Below, one piece after another: positions 41,701 through 50,035 of a stretch of 64,000 bases of DNA; within the stretch, counting starts at the first letter, position 1; the number at the start of each line of letters is the position of its first letter. Origin of the DNA: an uncultured virus (IMG/VR IMGVR_UViG_3300042898_006229) (Duplodnaviria > Heunggongvirae > Uroviricota > Caudoviricetes); IMG/VR virus record IMGVR_UViG_3300042898_006229. One strand, given 5' to 3'. A program made the translations under genes and the position numbers. Below the pieces are notes generated by a model, which was given only the letters and a program-made list of their open reading frames with translations, did no database searches and had not been told where the DNA came from.

Positions 41701-43214
41701 AAGTAGGAGATAGTTATACTTTTGATGGCACTAATTCTTATGATTTAGAGGATGAATCTAATATCACATTTGAATGGTCAATTGATGGTGTCAAATCTGG
41801 ATATAATTCAACTTTTTCAAATCAATTTAATACAGTTGGAATATTTACAGTAAGCTTAGTTGTTTTTGATACACAGAGATTATCTTCATCCCCTTCTACA
41901 AATTTAGGAAATAGATATACTGTTGACGTAAATGTTTCTGCTACTCCTAATCCTTTATCTAATAAATTGTTTTCTACAGGTCAGGCATTATACGGGGCAA
42001 TTGCAAGTGGATCAAATACACCTGATAGATACGGTTTTGAATTAGTTGATGACAAGAAACAATATACTGTTATTGAAGCTGGTCTTTATCATACCTTTGT
42101 AGTTGATGCAGATGGAAAACTTTACGCAAGTGGATCGAACAGCAATGGGCAACTTGGTTTTCCATCAAATGTTACTCAGTTAAATTCTCTAACATTAGTA
42201 CCTTTGGCATCCAAGTATAAAGTCTTAAGAGTATCCGCTGGCGATCTTTGTTCAGCTATAATCGCAGAAGATACATTAATAGGAAAAAGAGTTTTGTTGG
42301 TGTGCGGTTCTAATACGAATGGAATTTTTGGACAAGCTTTACCAAAAACAAATATATATAATTTTCAGCCTATACTTGAGAGAGCTAATAATTTTAGTGG
42401 AGCAAGTTATACTTCTAATAATGGTTTACTTGATGTATCTTGCAATTCATATATTCTTGCCTTCACTGACAATAACCAAGTTTGGGTAGCAGGAAGTCAC
42501 AGATATACTAATAAAACTGGAATTATTGACACTGGATTTTTCCCAGTCAATATTGATCCAAACCCGGATTTACAACTTGGAAGTACAAATTATTTAAATC
42601 CATTTAAGTTAGAAGTTGGATTTAATAATGAATCAGGATTTGTTACTGGACTTTCTTATGATATCAATAATCAGATTGTATGGTTTACAGGATTATCAAG
42701 TTTGAGGGGTTGGGGTTATGCTTATGATATTTCAACATTTGCAAATGAAATTATAATCATTTCTGCTAGTACTGATCCTTATTGGGACCACGCTATAGTC
42801 CTATATGGTTTTACGAATACAGAAACTCCACAGTATAATTACAGCCCAGGATTAGCTTCTGATAGAAATCCAGGAGAAACTTATTTAAGGGTTTCTACTG
42901 GTAGATTCGGGTACCTGGCATTGTCTGAAACTGCTTTTTATGCCTACGGAAGCAACTTTTATGGTGCTTTAGGGATTGCTCAATCATACACAAATTCTTA
43001 TAATTGGAACATTCAACAAGGTTTACCACCTTTTACATTACTGCAGATGTTTGGAGTTGTAGGTGCTTCTGACATATCAGCTGGTGGAGATCATTCAATT
43101 GTTTTAGCATCTAATATAAAACCATCTGGATATTCTTTCACTATTATCAACTCTAGTGGATATCCTAATATTGATATTTTGACTCAATATCCAGTTACTC
43201 AAGTACAACAGTAA
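32772..43214 (+). CDS. Giant tail/adhesin protein: unknown N-terminal half, 14 PKD domains, C-terminal RCC1 beta-propeller
   Basis: Fourteen P.A...F....S.D.DG....W.WDFGDG...Y.V.L.VTD units at ~38030-41940. RCC1 motifs (AGLYHT, GSNSNGQLG, GSNFYGALG, SAGGDHS) at ~41967-43110. Confidence 0.85.
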   Translation: MALYQIDRPRNAQFVGKFKFNYQVNVGEPAQFVSAQTHWDTNAGVRFTFNGEEGLVGTVAVANRGANLASILGWPTKTQSFPNFGENAYDSFSKKAIIRIAYDLNPAFDVAQRDFVLIDEVDFVPGIGSLATMSGTVEGYIYWGAVINEFVDIQEFYPAKDYYIKSSVCPDNENQYWYQEELNEKTVRHWPKYTTINWFEAPDRTKKGIMGIFLKITNSKNKETIINRSWSVNPPVSIDYTAYKELNAWTSFASNNGYVSISSNVPFSSNDKQIQAKTKFVTVDQENFSISPQGYPIGSANRGKRSFAKIDLETESSRKVSFNSQIYDWDKPHTDELTAYIVGFGCVGELGYYSLPGSTIPYALPTYEKVVTKSGDISPKDQTYRYYKGDISAQSIYDFNSEFDSKSVLLDTRQKWIYGMIDGASEQFDDLESPPKDYDYPAYWVRSANGCRDINEFPRLRTLDETDLPSGSLSIPIPLRGWKFNAMTLKQDKEYTLSSNGSLSGFGLTYALSFLGSSKDPYYYGSENLSGYRYLKFDIASKNKDSQSTTFAISETSKGFTLSNNSENINEKSWNISIPEANKGKANYVIDLCNPDNKIDFVDNQDSPYPRLNTYTTSKPQSTNPFGYLAVENKPKDDFLITKSLSGDESTTWINDILKAKINNSGIIYLSDDVSKNVDYFEVNTSAFPKAGVGTNIIFGKPRIFNGKIKLSNIFDAKGHYIKDEKTKVITIEDSKYFQELDVFIVKNDITSDKTIDELLNKDSNGNYPDEFQIYNYDFGYPEETDVIGRNNINFIEGSQYIYVDPINILNDNYNLPYDAVIIQDSKKRKVYKFVQYISVNIDKTYIQIEVPSNFDSNIIFNSGSSIKLGFLDGKTDDIFSSIIVKFNKVDKISNNKYKLFIEYSKLDVNSAPNYNGIPPEINEQSTYFSANAPVITVKPPKLVEFNFPVDTLLFTQIKTNPISGNEVNAIDDYPEDEVSNGPYYGVTRIAKIKSTNELVEFENLKLIRNNSLSNFVYSGNNNTFQSQTKFDAFSKVTTEYYTRRFWQQNTDARDEEEGDISWQHTKSELVDSWALFPKSISGLCDDINRKDEYVAPRWLNPNNPSSTITRHPGWVATKIDKSYPTDPITGNRIYSIKLDPEYLNSDTGLATWIYGGGLLAVPSGKNSGSGTTYIKAIDISFNDMKTILAQTIFHRINADFPPGKPDLFGNTSLRNEDGTVQESTLHLRGGFIARGPGHGLILPPQKSTSENLRKANLIEDSTGNSKGSSESDLRGYFQTSSPFGKNKIDHYIELEKTEKFPTPSNFRSSTRNFTQAKRERAAFKNEGVKQKLATNLSACESGFENSIVISYTVPGSGSSNPQTSIIQTDSFFDEIYEIYPVGFDTKSGIGKTLSGSFPFVLSSESIANKETKVHTFLLVENNSDSKSNSSLNFSSVIAANTNMRDKNSWYPYIDGETKVDANFSTLSKAFEGTIYNSYVITDESPEIFNVGYADPGSIIVRSISLNATNIQSPITDKSIFIDGVAPTNTSKFRLLDPIASSGTAVSSFATITQLASRDYLVAYSLKESPRKIHFKVISNYNTLDKNLLLDLDSISGNNLKEDYNIYGLTSSYDEKLGLHRSVFWSNGGIYYFENAFISSSIGNTLTSKLHLIKGKLDDNLVTELKNRNNIITYFESKSELDESVPKQRPAIITCKNESYDGSVIIAYDNGKCAIEAVLLNPFFNIIGTRKFDIECINDSGSDSIDTNGQDKPPIADIQANPTSGQSELKVDFLSTNSYDPNGSILTYAWDFGDGNKSTEENPSHIFVNNTTNPIDFKVTLIVTNSNGIKSDPVSVTITVNPAPVNNLSPQAKFSATPTSGDVILTVTFTDQSTAANDGSFITDYQWDFGDGESVIKFDKNPFTYDYTRSGSFVPKLFVKDNLARLSSTFIGPTINVNGVVNNPPSPSFQWVQTSFTPSLKVQFTDTSSDDEGPLVAWNWNFGDNETSDVQNPEHIYADPGKYRVVLTITDSGGLQVSGTIEITVLPPGNNPPIANFNYSQQNRKLEVDFTDTSTDTDGTIVSWNWDFGDTSSDSLQNPSHTYAFSGTYEVTLKVTDNGGKSSFITKNVTVNPLVNQAPIILNITGNQTSFKPLVVKFTENSSDSDGFITQWNWNFGDRNTFSTTDPAFKNPTNTYQNPGTYTVTLTVTDDGLPDGTNKKTATSFIRFTVAPPPANQPPVALFTVDSNNVFAPATIIFTDASTDADGKIVSWLWEFETGSSLFYNAQTYQKTVSHTFTKSGTYSVKLTVTDDGNLKNTYILDIFVKNNAPIAILTASPNPALSQTQVSFFGNTSYDIDGTIVKYAWDFGDTTIISQGRTIESHTYAKPGTYKASLTVTDNLGDSSTANLFINVTNRSPISRITYTTLAVKAPGSLTFNGDTSSDIDGIIASYSWSVSGSVVATTPNATINFTTQGTYVVSLTVTDDFGATNTSSVTVNVSAPDNILPIAILSVDKNSGVINDTFVFDVTSSRDSDGSIILYILDFGDGTSKQFVNPAPIFHVYKTVGVFTAKLFVTDNRNGVSLETANSNQEITINNQPPKASFSFGPINALTFDPITFIDNSSDPENALSRWSWDFGDGTNFTTTDPLQKNPTKSYSDGNRNYTVTLTVYDNFGLFDSVSQIVFIENRKPFAVISTSSIPVNNVISGTAPFTVTFDSNSYDLDGKVANYEWYINGLLGTPFRTKSFTYTFDTARFIPYSVTLKVQDDDGAFSDLANIGVKVNVPNTPPVAVVSANPQSNSSFAPVSVTFSAAGSYDPDNIGGPLIYAWDFGNSSVSDQVIAATTYSKPGKYTVTLTVTDNLGATNTATLDYIVKNNKPVALLDSIPSGITQVEINNSISFTSEGSYDNDTNQFINGYKWLVDGVNQNSNTPILTTSFNTIGNHNVTLSVFDNLGLESDTVSKTIYVVSTTPPPPNNNNPIAILGNEPTVTGYIELKVGDSYTFDGTNSYDLEDESNITFEWSIDGVKSGYNSTFSNQFNTVGIFTVSLVVFDTQRLSSSPSTNLGNRYTVDVNVSATPNPLSNKLFSTGQALYGAIASGSNTPDRYGFELVDDKKQYTVIEAGLYHTFVVDADGKLYASGSNSNGQLGFPSNVTQLNSLTLVPLASKYKVLRVSAGDLCSAIIAEDTLIGKRVLLVCGSNTNGIFGQALPKTNIYNFQPILERANNFSGASYTSNNGLLDVSCNSYILAFTDNNQVWVAGSHRYTNKTGIIDTGFFPVNIDPNPDLQLGSTNYLNPFKLEVGFNNESGFVTGLSYDINNQIVWFTGLSSLRGWGYAYDISTFANEIIIISASTDPYWDHAIVLYGFTNTETPQYNYSPGLASDRNPGETYLRVSTGRFGYLALSETAFYAYGSNFYGALGIAQSYTNSYNWNIQQGLPPFTLLQMFGVVGASDISAGGDHSIVLASNIKPSGYSFTIINSSGYPNIDILTQYPVTQVQQ

Positions 43215-43249
43215 AGGTGCAAACCCTTTAAATTTTTTATAATATTAAT
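43212..43249 (+). promoter_or_regulatory. Weak GCAA-loop hairpin followed by TATAAT 6 nt before the ATG
   Basis: TAAAGGT-GCAA-ACCCTTTA then a T-run; TATAAT at 43238-43243, ATTAAT, ATG(43250). Confidence 0.45.
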
Positions 43250-46135
43250 ATGAACCTTTCCCCAGATCCACGACAATTACGAACTAGAGTTTTCTTAAGC
43301 ATTATGAGTGCACCTGAAAGTGGATTTTTTTCGGGAGAGTATACTGCTAATACTTCAACAAAGTCCCAAGACAACTTAAATGTTTTGAATTATGACTTTG
43401 GAGCTAGATATGGCTTTGATGGAGTAGATCAACCAAAGTATAGTGGAAGATTACAAGTAATAAATTCATTTCAAAATGCTAGAATTCCAGAAGTAAATAC
43501 AGCCTTAAGTGCTTCATCATGTACTTTTGCCTTTGGAGGTATTGAACCTGGTAAACCAGATCCAGTGCTTGATCTTCTGCAAGGACCTTTAGATAATTAC
43601 ACTCCGAATTTTATCGATGATGCGAAGCAGTCTCAAGTTACTGCTCCGTCAGAAAATTACGCCCCAAATGAACAATTACCATACACACCAAAAATACCAT
43701 TCAAAGCAACTGCAACAGCTACTAATAAATTAACTACATACAACATTTGGAATATCGTTGGTGGAAAAACAGATGCTATTAGATTCATAGGTCCTGTAAG
43801 TCAAGGTAATTCTGTAGGTACTTTGCGAACTATCAAAGATCCAAGTGGTGGTGCTCAAGTTGAAGTTACTTCAGAAAGAACAAATACTTCTATAAAAAGA
43901 ATTTTTACTACTAACCTTGATGCTGTTTATCAAGATGGAGCTAAAATTTTTAATCCTGATGGAACAGAAGAAGTTATTAGAGCTCGTGGTAAAAATGGCA
44001 ATAATGGATTTCACATCAATTTTTCAGCGAGCAATATGCAAACTGATAAATCTGCCTTAAGGATAAGAATCAGGCCAAAAGTAGCAAATAATAATTATAT
44101 AAATGATTTTTATATTGAGTTTAAAATAGACAAAAAACCAGTACTATTTTTGTTTGACCCTCGAACGAATACTTATATACAACAATCAGATTTAGTTGCT
44201 CCTGTATTGGATCAATCAAATATGAAGTCTTACAATGTGTTTGTTCACTTTGTTGGACCAAGTTTATTATTAGGATTTACTCCTGATATATCTCGATGGA
44301 ACACAATTATAGGATTTGGAGGCAAAGAAATTTTTTGCGGACCAGAGACTGACATTTTCATCGATATTTCAAATTTAAATTTAAAATTTAGATACTCTGC
44401 AATAATATTTAATAATTTCAATCCAACACAGCTCAGAAATGCTACTAAAAATCATATAATTGCTGAATTTAAATATTCGAAAAAGAAAATTCCTGATCCA
44501 TCAATACTATTGGGAGCTGTTTACAATAGTTTTGAAGCAGCTTCGTATCGTAAAAATGATAATCCTAATAGAAATGGTTTCAATGCAATAAATCCCATAG
44601 ATAAAAATATTTCATATTTTGCTGATTTAAGATTAGATGGTGAACAATTTGTAAAACCTTTCCCTTATTCCAGATCTACATATATAAATGCAGATCCAGA
44701 CATTAATACTTTACTTTTTAAAGTTATATATAACACTACAATAGAAGGTCCAGCTTTTTTGCAAGTTGAAGTTCCACACCCTGCTATTTTGGCAGCTAAT
44801 GGTGCAGCAAACATTAAGGGTGGAAATATTGGTGTTGATGACTATAAATTTTTGAAACCTGATCTTGGAGAGCTTTTTATAAGTGTAGGAGATATTACAC
44901 AATGGGTTGAAGGTTGGAATGTCAGTTGTTCAAACGAATTGAGTAATTTTTCTTATATAAAAAAGTCTGCTTCTATTACATTGAGAAATTTTGACACTAC
45001 TGATGGTCAAAAATATATAGATGCAATTGAAAATAATTTGTTAGTTGTGACTATTGAAGCTGGATATAGCGAGATGGATTTAAAGCCATTCTTTCAAGGA
45101 TTTATTACTAGTACGACATACACCAGAAGCGGAAATGAAAGCTCATTTTCATTATCCTGTACAGATGTAGGAAGTTATTTATTAGACAACCTTGTCTTTG
45201 ACAAAAATATGCTTATAGCTGGTATGAGACACGATTTAGCTATTGACGCAATGATGGCTTGTTCTGGTTTTTGGAACTATTATTTTAGAAAAAATGATGG
45301 AATTGATGGTATAGACTTAAGATTGAATAACGAATCAACAAACAACAATGATCTTATAAAATTGAATCCTACAGATACTATTTCTTCAAAATTAAAATTA
45401 TTATTAGCTAGATTAACTACACCTTTCTTCTTACCAACATTTAGATGGGCTGAAAAATATGGATTTATTTTAGAATCAAGAAATAATTTTGAGGACAAAG
45501 ATCTTAAGTTTACAGGACTAAACGCAAATGGTAATGGATATTTGATGTCAAGTAATGCATTGAATACAATTAATTTTGTAGAAAATTATAAAAGTAATAT
45601 TCACGGACTTCTAACAGGTAACTACACTATATCAACAGATATGAGTAATTTGACTGCAGGATTGAGGGTCTTCGGCATATCTATTACAGGCTTTTTAGCA
45701 AGAGAAGTTTACAACCCTGAAGCAGTGCAATTACCGATAGGTGCACAATTAAATATATTGGATTACTTAGCAGCAGTTCCAAAATCAGGATCAGTTTTGG
45801 GATCAACACCACAAGTACCTTTTGTAGGTTTTAAAAAATGGTGGATTGAATCTATGATGAGGAACACAATTCCAGATGAAACCGTTCTTACTCAAATTAC
45901 AAATCATTTCAATCAAATTAGACAAACTCCAGTAAGTTCAATTGGCTTTCAATGTTATGTATCAAAGCCCCTAAATTTTCACGGAAAGTTTTATATAAAT
46001 GTTTTGTCTGGAACATCTAATGCTCAAACAGACAAATATATTTATAGCTCAATTGATTATAACTATAATAAATTAGAGAACTATATAACTGCAGATATCA
46101 AAGGATTCAATTTACCTCTACTAGGAAGGACATAA
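43250..46135 (+). CDS. Baseplate hub / tail-tip protein (gp27/Mu gp44-like C-terminal half)
   Basis: 'DITQWVEGWNV...SASITLRN...VTIEAGY...FFQGFITS...SFSLSCTD' is the typical hub pattern. Confidence 0.6.
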   Translation: MNLSPDPRQLRTRVFLSIMSAPESGFFSGEYTANTSTKSQDNLNVLNYDFGARYGFDGVDQPKYSGRLQVINSFQNARIPEVNTALSASSCTFAFGGIEPGKPDPVLDLLQGPLDNYTPNFIDDAKQSQVTAPSENYAPNEQLPYTPKIPFKATATATNKLTTYNIWNIVGGKTDAIRFIGPVSQGNSVGTLRTIKDPSGGAQVEVTSERTNTSIKRIFTTNLDAVYQDGAKIFNPDGTEEVIRARGKNGNNGFHINFSASNMQTDKSALRIRIRPKVANNNYINDFYIEFKIDKKPVLFLFDPRTNTYIQQSDLVAPVLDQSNMKSYNVFVHFVGPSLLLGFTPDISRWNTIIGFGGKEIFCGPETDIFIDISNLNLKFRYSAIIFNNFNPTQLRNATKNHIIAEFKYSKKKIPDPSILLGAVYNSFEAASYRKNDNPNRNGFNAINPIDKNISYFADLRLDGEQFVKPFPYSRSTYINADPDINTLLFKVIYNTTIEGPAFLQVEVPHPAILAANGAANIKGGNIGVDDYKFLKPDLGELFISVGDITQWVEGWNVSCSNELSNFSYIKKSASITLRNFDTTDGQKYIDAIENNLLVVTIEAGYSEMDLKPFFQGFITSTTYTRSGNESSFSLSCTDVGSYLLDNLVFDKNMLIAGMRHDLAIDAMMACSGFWNYYFRKNDGIDGIDLRLNNESTNNNDLIKLNPTDTISSKLKLLLARLTTPFFLPTFRWAEKYGFILESRNNFEDKDLKFTGLNANGNGYLMSSNALNTINFVENYKSNIHGLLTGNYTISTDMSNLTAGLRVFGISITGFLAREVYNPEAVQLPIGAQLNILDYLAAVPKSGSVLGSTPQVPFVGFKKWWIESMMRNTIPDETVLTQITNHFNQIRQTPVSSIGFQCYVSKPLNFHGKFYINVLSGTSNAQTDKYIYSSIDYNYNKLENYITADIKGFNLPLLGRT

Positions 46136-46139
46136 ACTC

Positions 46140-46367
46140 ATGCCAGTTTTTCAAACTCTTTCATTTGTAATCAATGAACAAATAAAGCAAAATCAAATAA
46201 TTTTGAACAATGGTATCTCTTTAAGATCCAATGTGTCTCAACAATTACAAGTCGTCAATACAAATAAAAATAATATAACTAATGACATTGATGTTTTACG
46301 ATGGGGTAATTCCAATTGGGGAATAGAAAAAGTAACATCAGAATATAAGCCACAAGAAACTAGATAA
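46140..46367 (+). CDS. Small hypothetical tail-associated protein
   Basis: 75 aa with a WGxSxWG motif; SD AGGA; coupled to the next gene by TAATG. Confidence 0.55.
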   Translation: MPVFQTLSFVINEQIKQNQIILNNGISLRSNVSQQLQVVNTNKNNITNDIDVLRWGNSNWGIEKVTSEYKPQETR

Positions 46368-49300
46368 TGGGAAATACGCCAATATATAGGTTTGGATACA
46401 TAGAACCAAACCAAGATCTTTCAGAAAATATTGATTTAGATGAGCTTAGATTTAAGGCCATTGAAAATCAAATGTACAATTTGTATCAAATTTTCAAAAA
46501 TGGAATTATAGAAGAAGATCCATCAGTCCCCTCTTGGCGTATTCAGACTTACTCAAACGAATTTAAATTAACAAAAATTACAATTACTTCTGGAAAAGGT
46601 TTTGTTTCCTACAAGGCTGGAAACACCATTACTTCTAAAGATGTAACATTACCAACTATTCCTAGCACTGTTGGAATTTCAAAAGTTTATGTATATGCTT
46701 ATGAAAATGCCAATACTGCAGTGACTGGAGATGTTGATTTTATTGCTTCATTGACTCAAATAAATGACACAGTAAATTATATTTCTCTAGGATATCTTGA
46801 AATTAATGTAGCCAGTAATCTCATCAGCTTGTTTGAAACTAACAGACAAGACATTACTTTATTCTCAACGCTTTCATATCTTATCAAAAATCACAAACAT
46901 ATTGGCGGAACAGGTAATCCATCCCCAATAGATTTATCTTATGAAGTAAAGAATCAAATAACAAGCGAAAATATAAGTTCTGTTGATGCTGCAAAAATTA
47001 CAACAGGAATTCTAGATTCATCAAGACTTCCAACTATCAGTCATACCAGTTTAGAAGATAAAGGTAATCTAACCCACGATCAATTAGAAACTGCTTTATT
47101 GGCTGTTGTAAACAATGATGCTAATGATAAGATGTCAGATCTTTCAATTGCTAACAGATTACAAATGTTGATAGCTTTGAAAAAATCCGGCGGAGTTGGG
47201 TTTACTTTTATTGATTCAACGCAAATAAATACCTTGACTTATGTTCCAGGCATTTATCCAAACACTTCAGCAAACTCTTCAACTGGAAATTCAGCTAATT
47301 TCAAACAAACCTCATCAGTACCAAGCCAATATACATTAGCAACAATCTATGATGCTGCTCCAAACGCATCAGGTTCAGGAATTAGCGGGTCTGTTACATC
47401 AAGTAGTTTTGTGGGAGATAAATCATTTGTAGTACAGAATGATTTCTTGCAAGCCAAAACAGTAGCATCTTCCTTGGGATCTACTACCAATACTTTCTTT
47501 AACAATATTAGCATTTCAGGTTCAGCAACAACAGGTAGTTTCACAATAGATACTCCTTTAAACTATTTAACTCTATCACAGCCAGTTTCAAGCATTTTTG
47601 ACACCACTGGATCTTGGGATACTGGATTGGTTTTTACAACCTCTTATGCAGCTAACAAAGTTAAAGTAGACACAAGCTTATATGCTTACACACTTTTCAA
47701 TCAACCAATTTCTTTAGACTTCGATTCTAAAGTTGGATTTGGTTTTTCTGCAGGTCTAGGAGAAACAGGAGCAGCATTAGGTAAAATTTACATGTTTTTG
47801 GTTGTTGGAAATGGAAATACAGATCCAGGACTCCAATATGATCAAAAAATTGATTTTGCTCCTAATACTGGAACTGGTTCATCTACAATTTATATAACTC
47901 CAGCAACAAGTGTAAAGATATTTGATGACACAACTTATGGATATATAGGTTCAACAGCAACATATTCTTCTGTAAATTTATCTGATTTTGGCAATAGTAG
48001 TTTAAAATCTTCTGTTCTTGGATTTGGTTTTTATTTTTCCACAGATCAAGGGTGGAATGCTGAGAAACAAACAAAATTTGAATTACTAACTCCAACAGAT
48101 GCGCAGATCAATGTATCAGGTAACGATGATAGTTTAGTGTTAGCAAGAAGAAATTCTACAGATCAAACTTCATCTGTTTTTGTTTGGAATGATATATACA
48201 GATATAAGAATGCCAACTTCTTGATGAGATTTGATTCTGGAGATTCAAATACTCAATACAATCAAATACAGTACAACATCGATATTCCTACAGGCACGAA
48301 ATATACTATCCAAAGTAGATCTAATGTTAATTCAGATTTATTCTATAATTTAAAAACTGTTTCTGAAACTGATGTAATTATTGCTACTCCAAATATAAGT
48401 TCAAGTACTGGTAGATATTTTGATGTATTGTTCTCACTTTATTCCAATGAATTTCAAAGTTTAGCCCCTACAGTAAACAACTTAAGAATAAACTATTCAA
48501 CTGTTGGTAGTGCTACAACTAGAACCTATGATAGAAACCTCACTGATACTACAAATCAAAAGTTCGGTTGGGTTAGTGATGTTTATTATAATAAAAATGC
48601 TGGATATGGAAATACAAATCCAGACGACACAAATTATTTAAAAATTTATGACACTTCTAATGTGGGAAATTGGGTTTACTTAAGAAATAATAATTTGATA
48701 TCTGCAGCAAATAATGTTATTGAAACAACAGTAGAAGATGGAATTGATGCTGGAACTTTGAGAAATTATCTCACACCTAATCAAATTTTTCTAAAGTCTA
48801 CAAATTATGGTTTGGATACTCCTACAGACTATCAATCTTTGTTCACTGGTGGAAATATTATTTGTGATAGTAAAAATGACAGAATTATAATGACTGATAT
48901 CAATGGACTCTTCACCAAAGTCATTCAAGGCAACATTAGGTTGAAACTCACTTCAAGAGATTTTGTTGCCCTTTCTGCTTCATTCAATCCTAGTACAAGA
49001 AAAATCTTTATTGCTTTTTCACAAAATATATCTTTTGTGGATTTGACAAAAATTTACATTACATATGACAACATTTCAGTAAGGGGAGATGACACTAGGC
49101 TTTCTGGTGATTATTTAGAGCCAATTTTTGATTCTTCTGCGTCATATGTTTTTACAATAAATGATACTGTGGAAGGTATAGCCTTAAACGCAGCAATTAG
49201 CAATTCCTTGACTAAAAAGGTAAGACTTGATAAAGGTTGCTTTACAAATTCTGGAAATTCATTAAACACAAACTCTGCTTTGTCAGCTACTATTCCAACT

Positions 49301-50032
49301 TCAACAGTTTCAACTACAAATAGAACTGAACAATTTGTAGCTGGAATAAGCACATCAATTACAGGTACATCAACAGTAACAACTGGCTTGCCTACAACTA
49401 CTAATGTGGTTAATTCTGTGACTGATTACAATGGTGATGGCATAGTTTCAACTACTACGATGTATGGACCAAATTCACAAGCTGATGATGTCATTTTGGA
49501 TTTGTTGCAAGGACCAATATATTTTGCTAATATTTACAATCCAGTTTCAGTTCAATATGATGAAACAAATTCATTAATTGTAATTGCACAACCTCATTCC
49601 AATTCTGTGCTTTGCTATAATGACAATACAGATCTAACTTTGAAATGGGCAATTACATCAGATATCGTGAAATACTACGATAACAAATTGGGATCAGCAT
49701 ATTTACTCGCAAATGGTAATGTTCTTTTAGGCAGCCCATCGTTAGATACAACTGACACTGGAAAACTACAAGTCTACAATATTTCAAATGGTTATATTGA
49801 AACAAAGCTAACATTCAATAATGATGTAGTTAAAGCTCTTCCAGGACCGGCAACAGATTATTCTAATTTCTATGTCTTAACTGATGATGTAATTAATTTT
49901 GGAGCAAATTCAAGATTACATTTAGTTAATAATTCTGGAACAATATTGTCTACCTGGGGAGATAACAATGAACTTTTCCACCCTAAAGGTATGCGTATTA
50001 TCTCTAATGACAATATTTTAGTATCGGAATAA
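46367..50032 (+). CDS. Tail fibre/baseplate protein with C-terminal propeller-like repeats
   Basis: 'ITITSGKGFV', 'NHKHIGG', 'DAAKITTGILDSSRLP', 'SHTSLEDKGNLTHDQLE' fibre motifs; NHL-like C-terminal repeats. Confidence 0.6.
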   Translation: MGNTPIYRFGYIEPNQDLSENIDLDELRFKAIENQMYNLYQIFKNGIIEEDPSVPSWRIQTYSNEFKLTKITITSGKGFVSYKAGNTITSKDVTLPTIPSTVGISKVYVYAYENANTAVTGDVDFIASLTQINDTVNYISLGYLEINVASNLISLFETNRQDITLFSTLSYLIKNHKHIGGTGNPSPIDLSYEVKNQITSENISSVDAAKITTGILDSSRLPTISHTSLEDKGNLTHDQLETALLAVVNNDANDKMSDLSIANRLQMLIALKKSGGVGFTFIDSTQINTLTYVPGIYPNTSANSSTGNSANFKQTSSVPSQYTLATIYDAAPNASGSGISGSVTSSSFVGDKSFVVQNDFLQAKTVASSLGSTTNTFFNNISISGSATTGSFTIDTPLNYLTLSQPVSSIFDTTGSWDTGLVFTTSYAANKVKVDTSLYAYTLFNQPISLDFDSKVGFGFSAGLGETGAALGKIYMFLVVGNGNTDPGLQYDQKIDFAPNTGTGSSTIYITPATSVKIFDDTTYGYIGSTATYSSVNLSDFGNSSLKSSVLGFGFYFSTDQGWNAEKQTKFELLTPTDAQINVSGNDDSLVLARRNSTDQTSSVFVWNDIYRYKNANFLMRFDSGDSNTQYNQIQYNIDIPTGTKYTIQSRSNVNSDLFYNLKTVSETDVIIATPNISSSTGRYFDVLFSLYSNEFQSLAPTVNNLRINYSTVGSATTRTYDRNLTDTTNQKFGWVSDVYYNKNAGYGNTNPDDTNYLKIYDTSNVGNWVYLRNNNLISAANNVIETTVEDGIDAGTLRNYLTPNQIFLKSTNYGLDTPTDYQSLFTGGNIICDSKNDRIIMTDINGLFTKVIQGNIRLKLTSRDFVALSASFNPSTRKIFIAFSQNISFVDLTKIYITYDNISVRGDDTRLSGDYLEPIFDSSASYVFTINDTVEGIALNAAISNSLTKKVRLDKGCFTNSGNSLNTNSALSATIPTSTVSTTNRTEQFVAGISTSITGTSTVTTGLPTTTNVVNSVTDYNGDGIVSTTTMYGPNSQADDVILDLLQGPIYFANIYNPVSVQYDETNSLIVIAQPHSNSVLCYNDNTDLTLKWAITSDIVKYYDNKLGSAYLLANGNVLLGSPSLDTTDTGKLQVYNISNGYIETKLTFNNDVVKALPGPATDYSNFYVLTDDVINFGANSRLHLVNNSGTILSTWGDNNELFHPKGMRIISNDNILVSE

Positions 50033-50035
50033 ATT

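Noticed and set aside
38030..41940. CRISPR array or DGR template/variable repeats suggested by recurring TGGGAYTTTGGNGA sequences
   Set aside because: These are codons of the PKD WDFGD motif inside one ORF, degenerate at third positions. No spacer structure, adenine-specific mismatched pair or reverse transcriptase is seen.
21629..50035. AAGG[T/A] as a conserved -35-like late promoter motif (near 21661, 25121, 43213, 46100, 49985)
   Set aside because: Spacing to any downstream element is inconsistent, and several copies are explained by hairpin arms or coding sequence.
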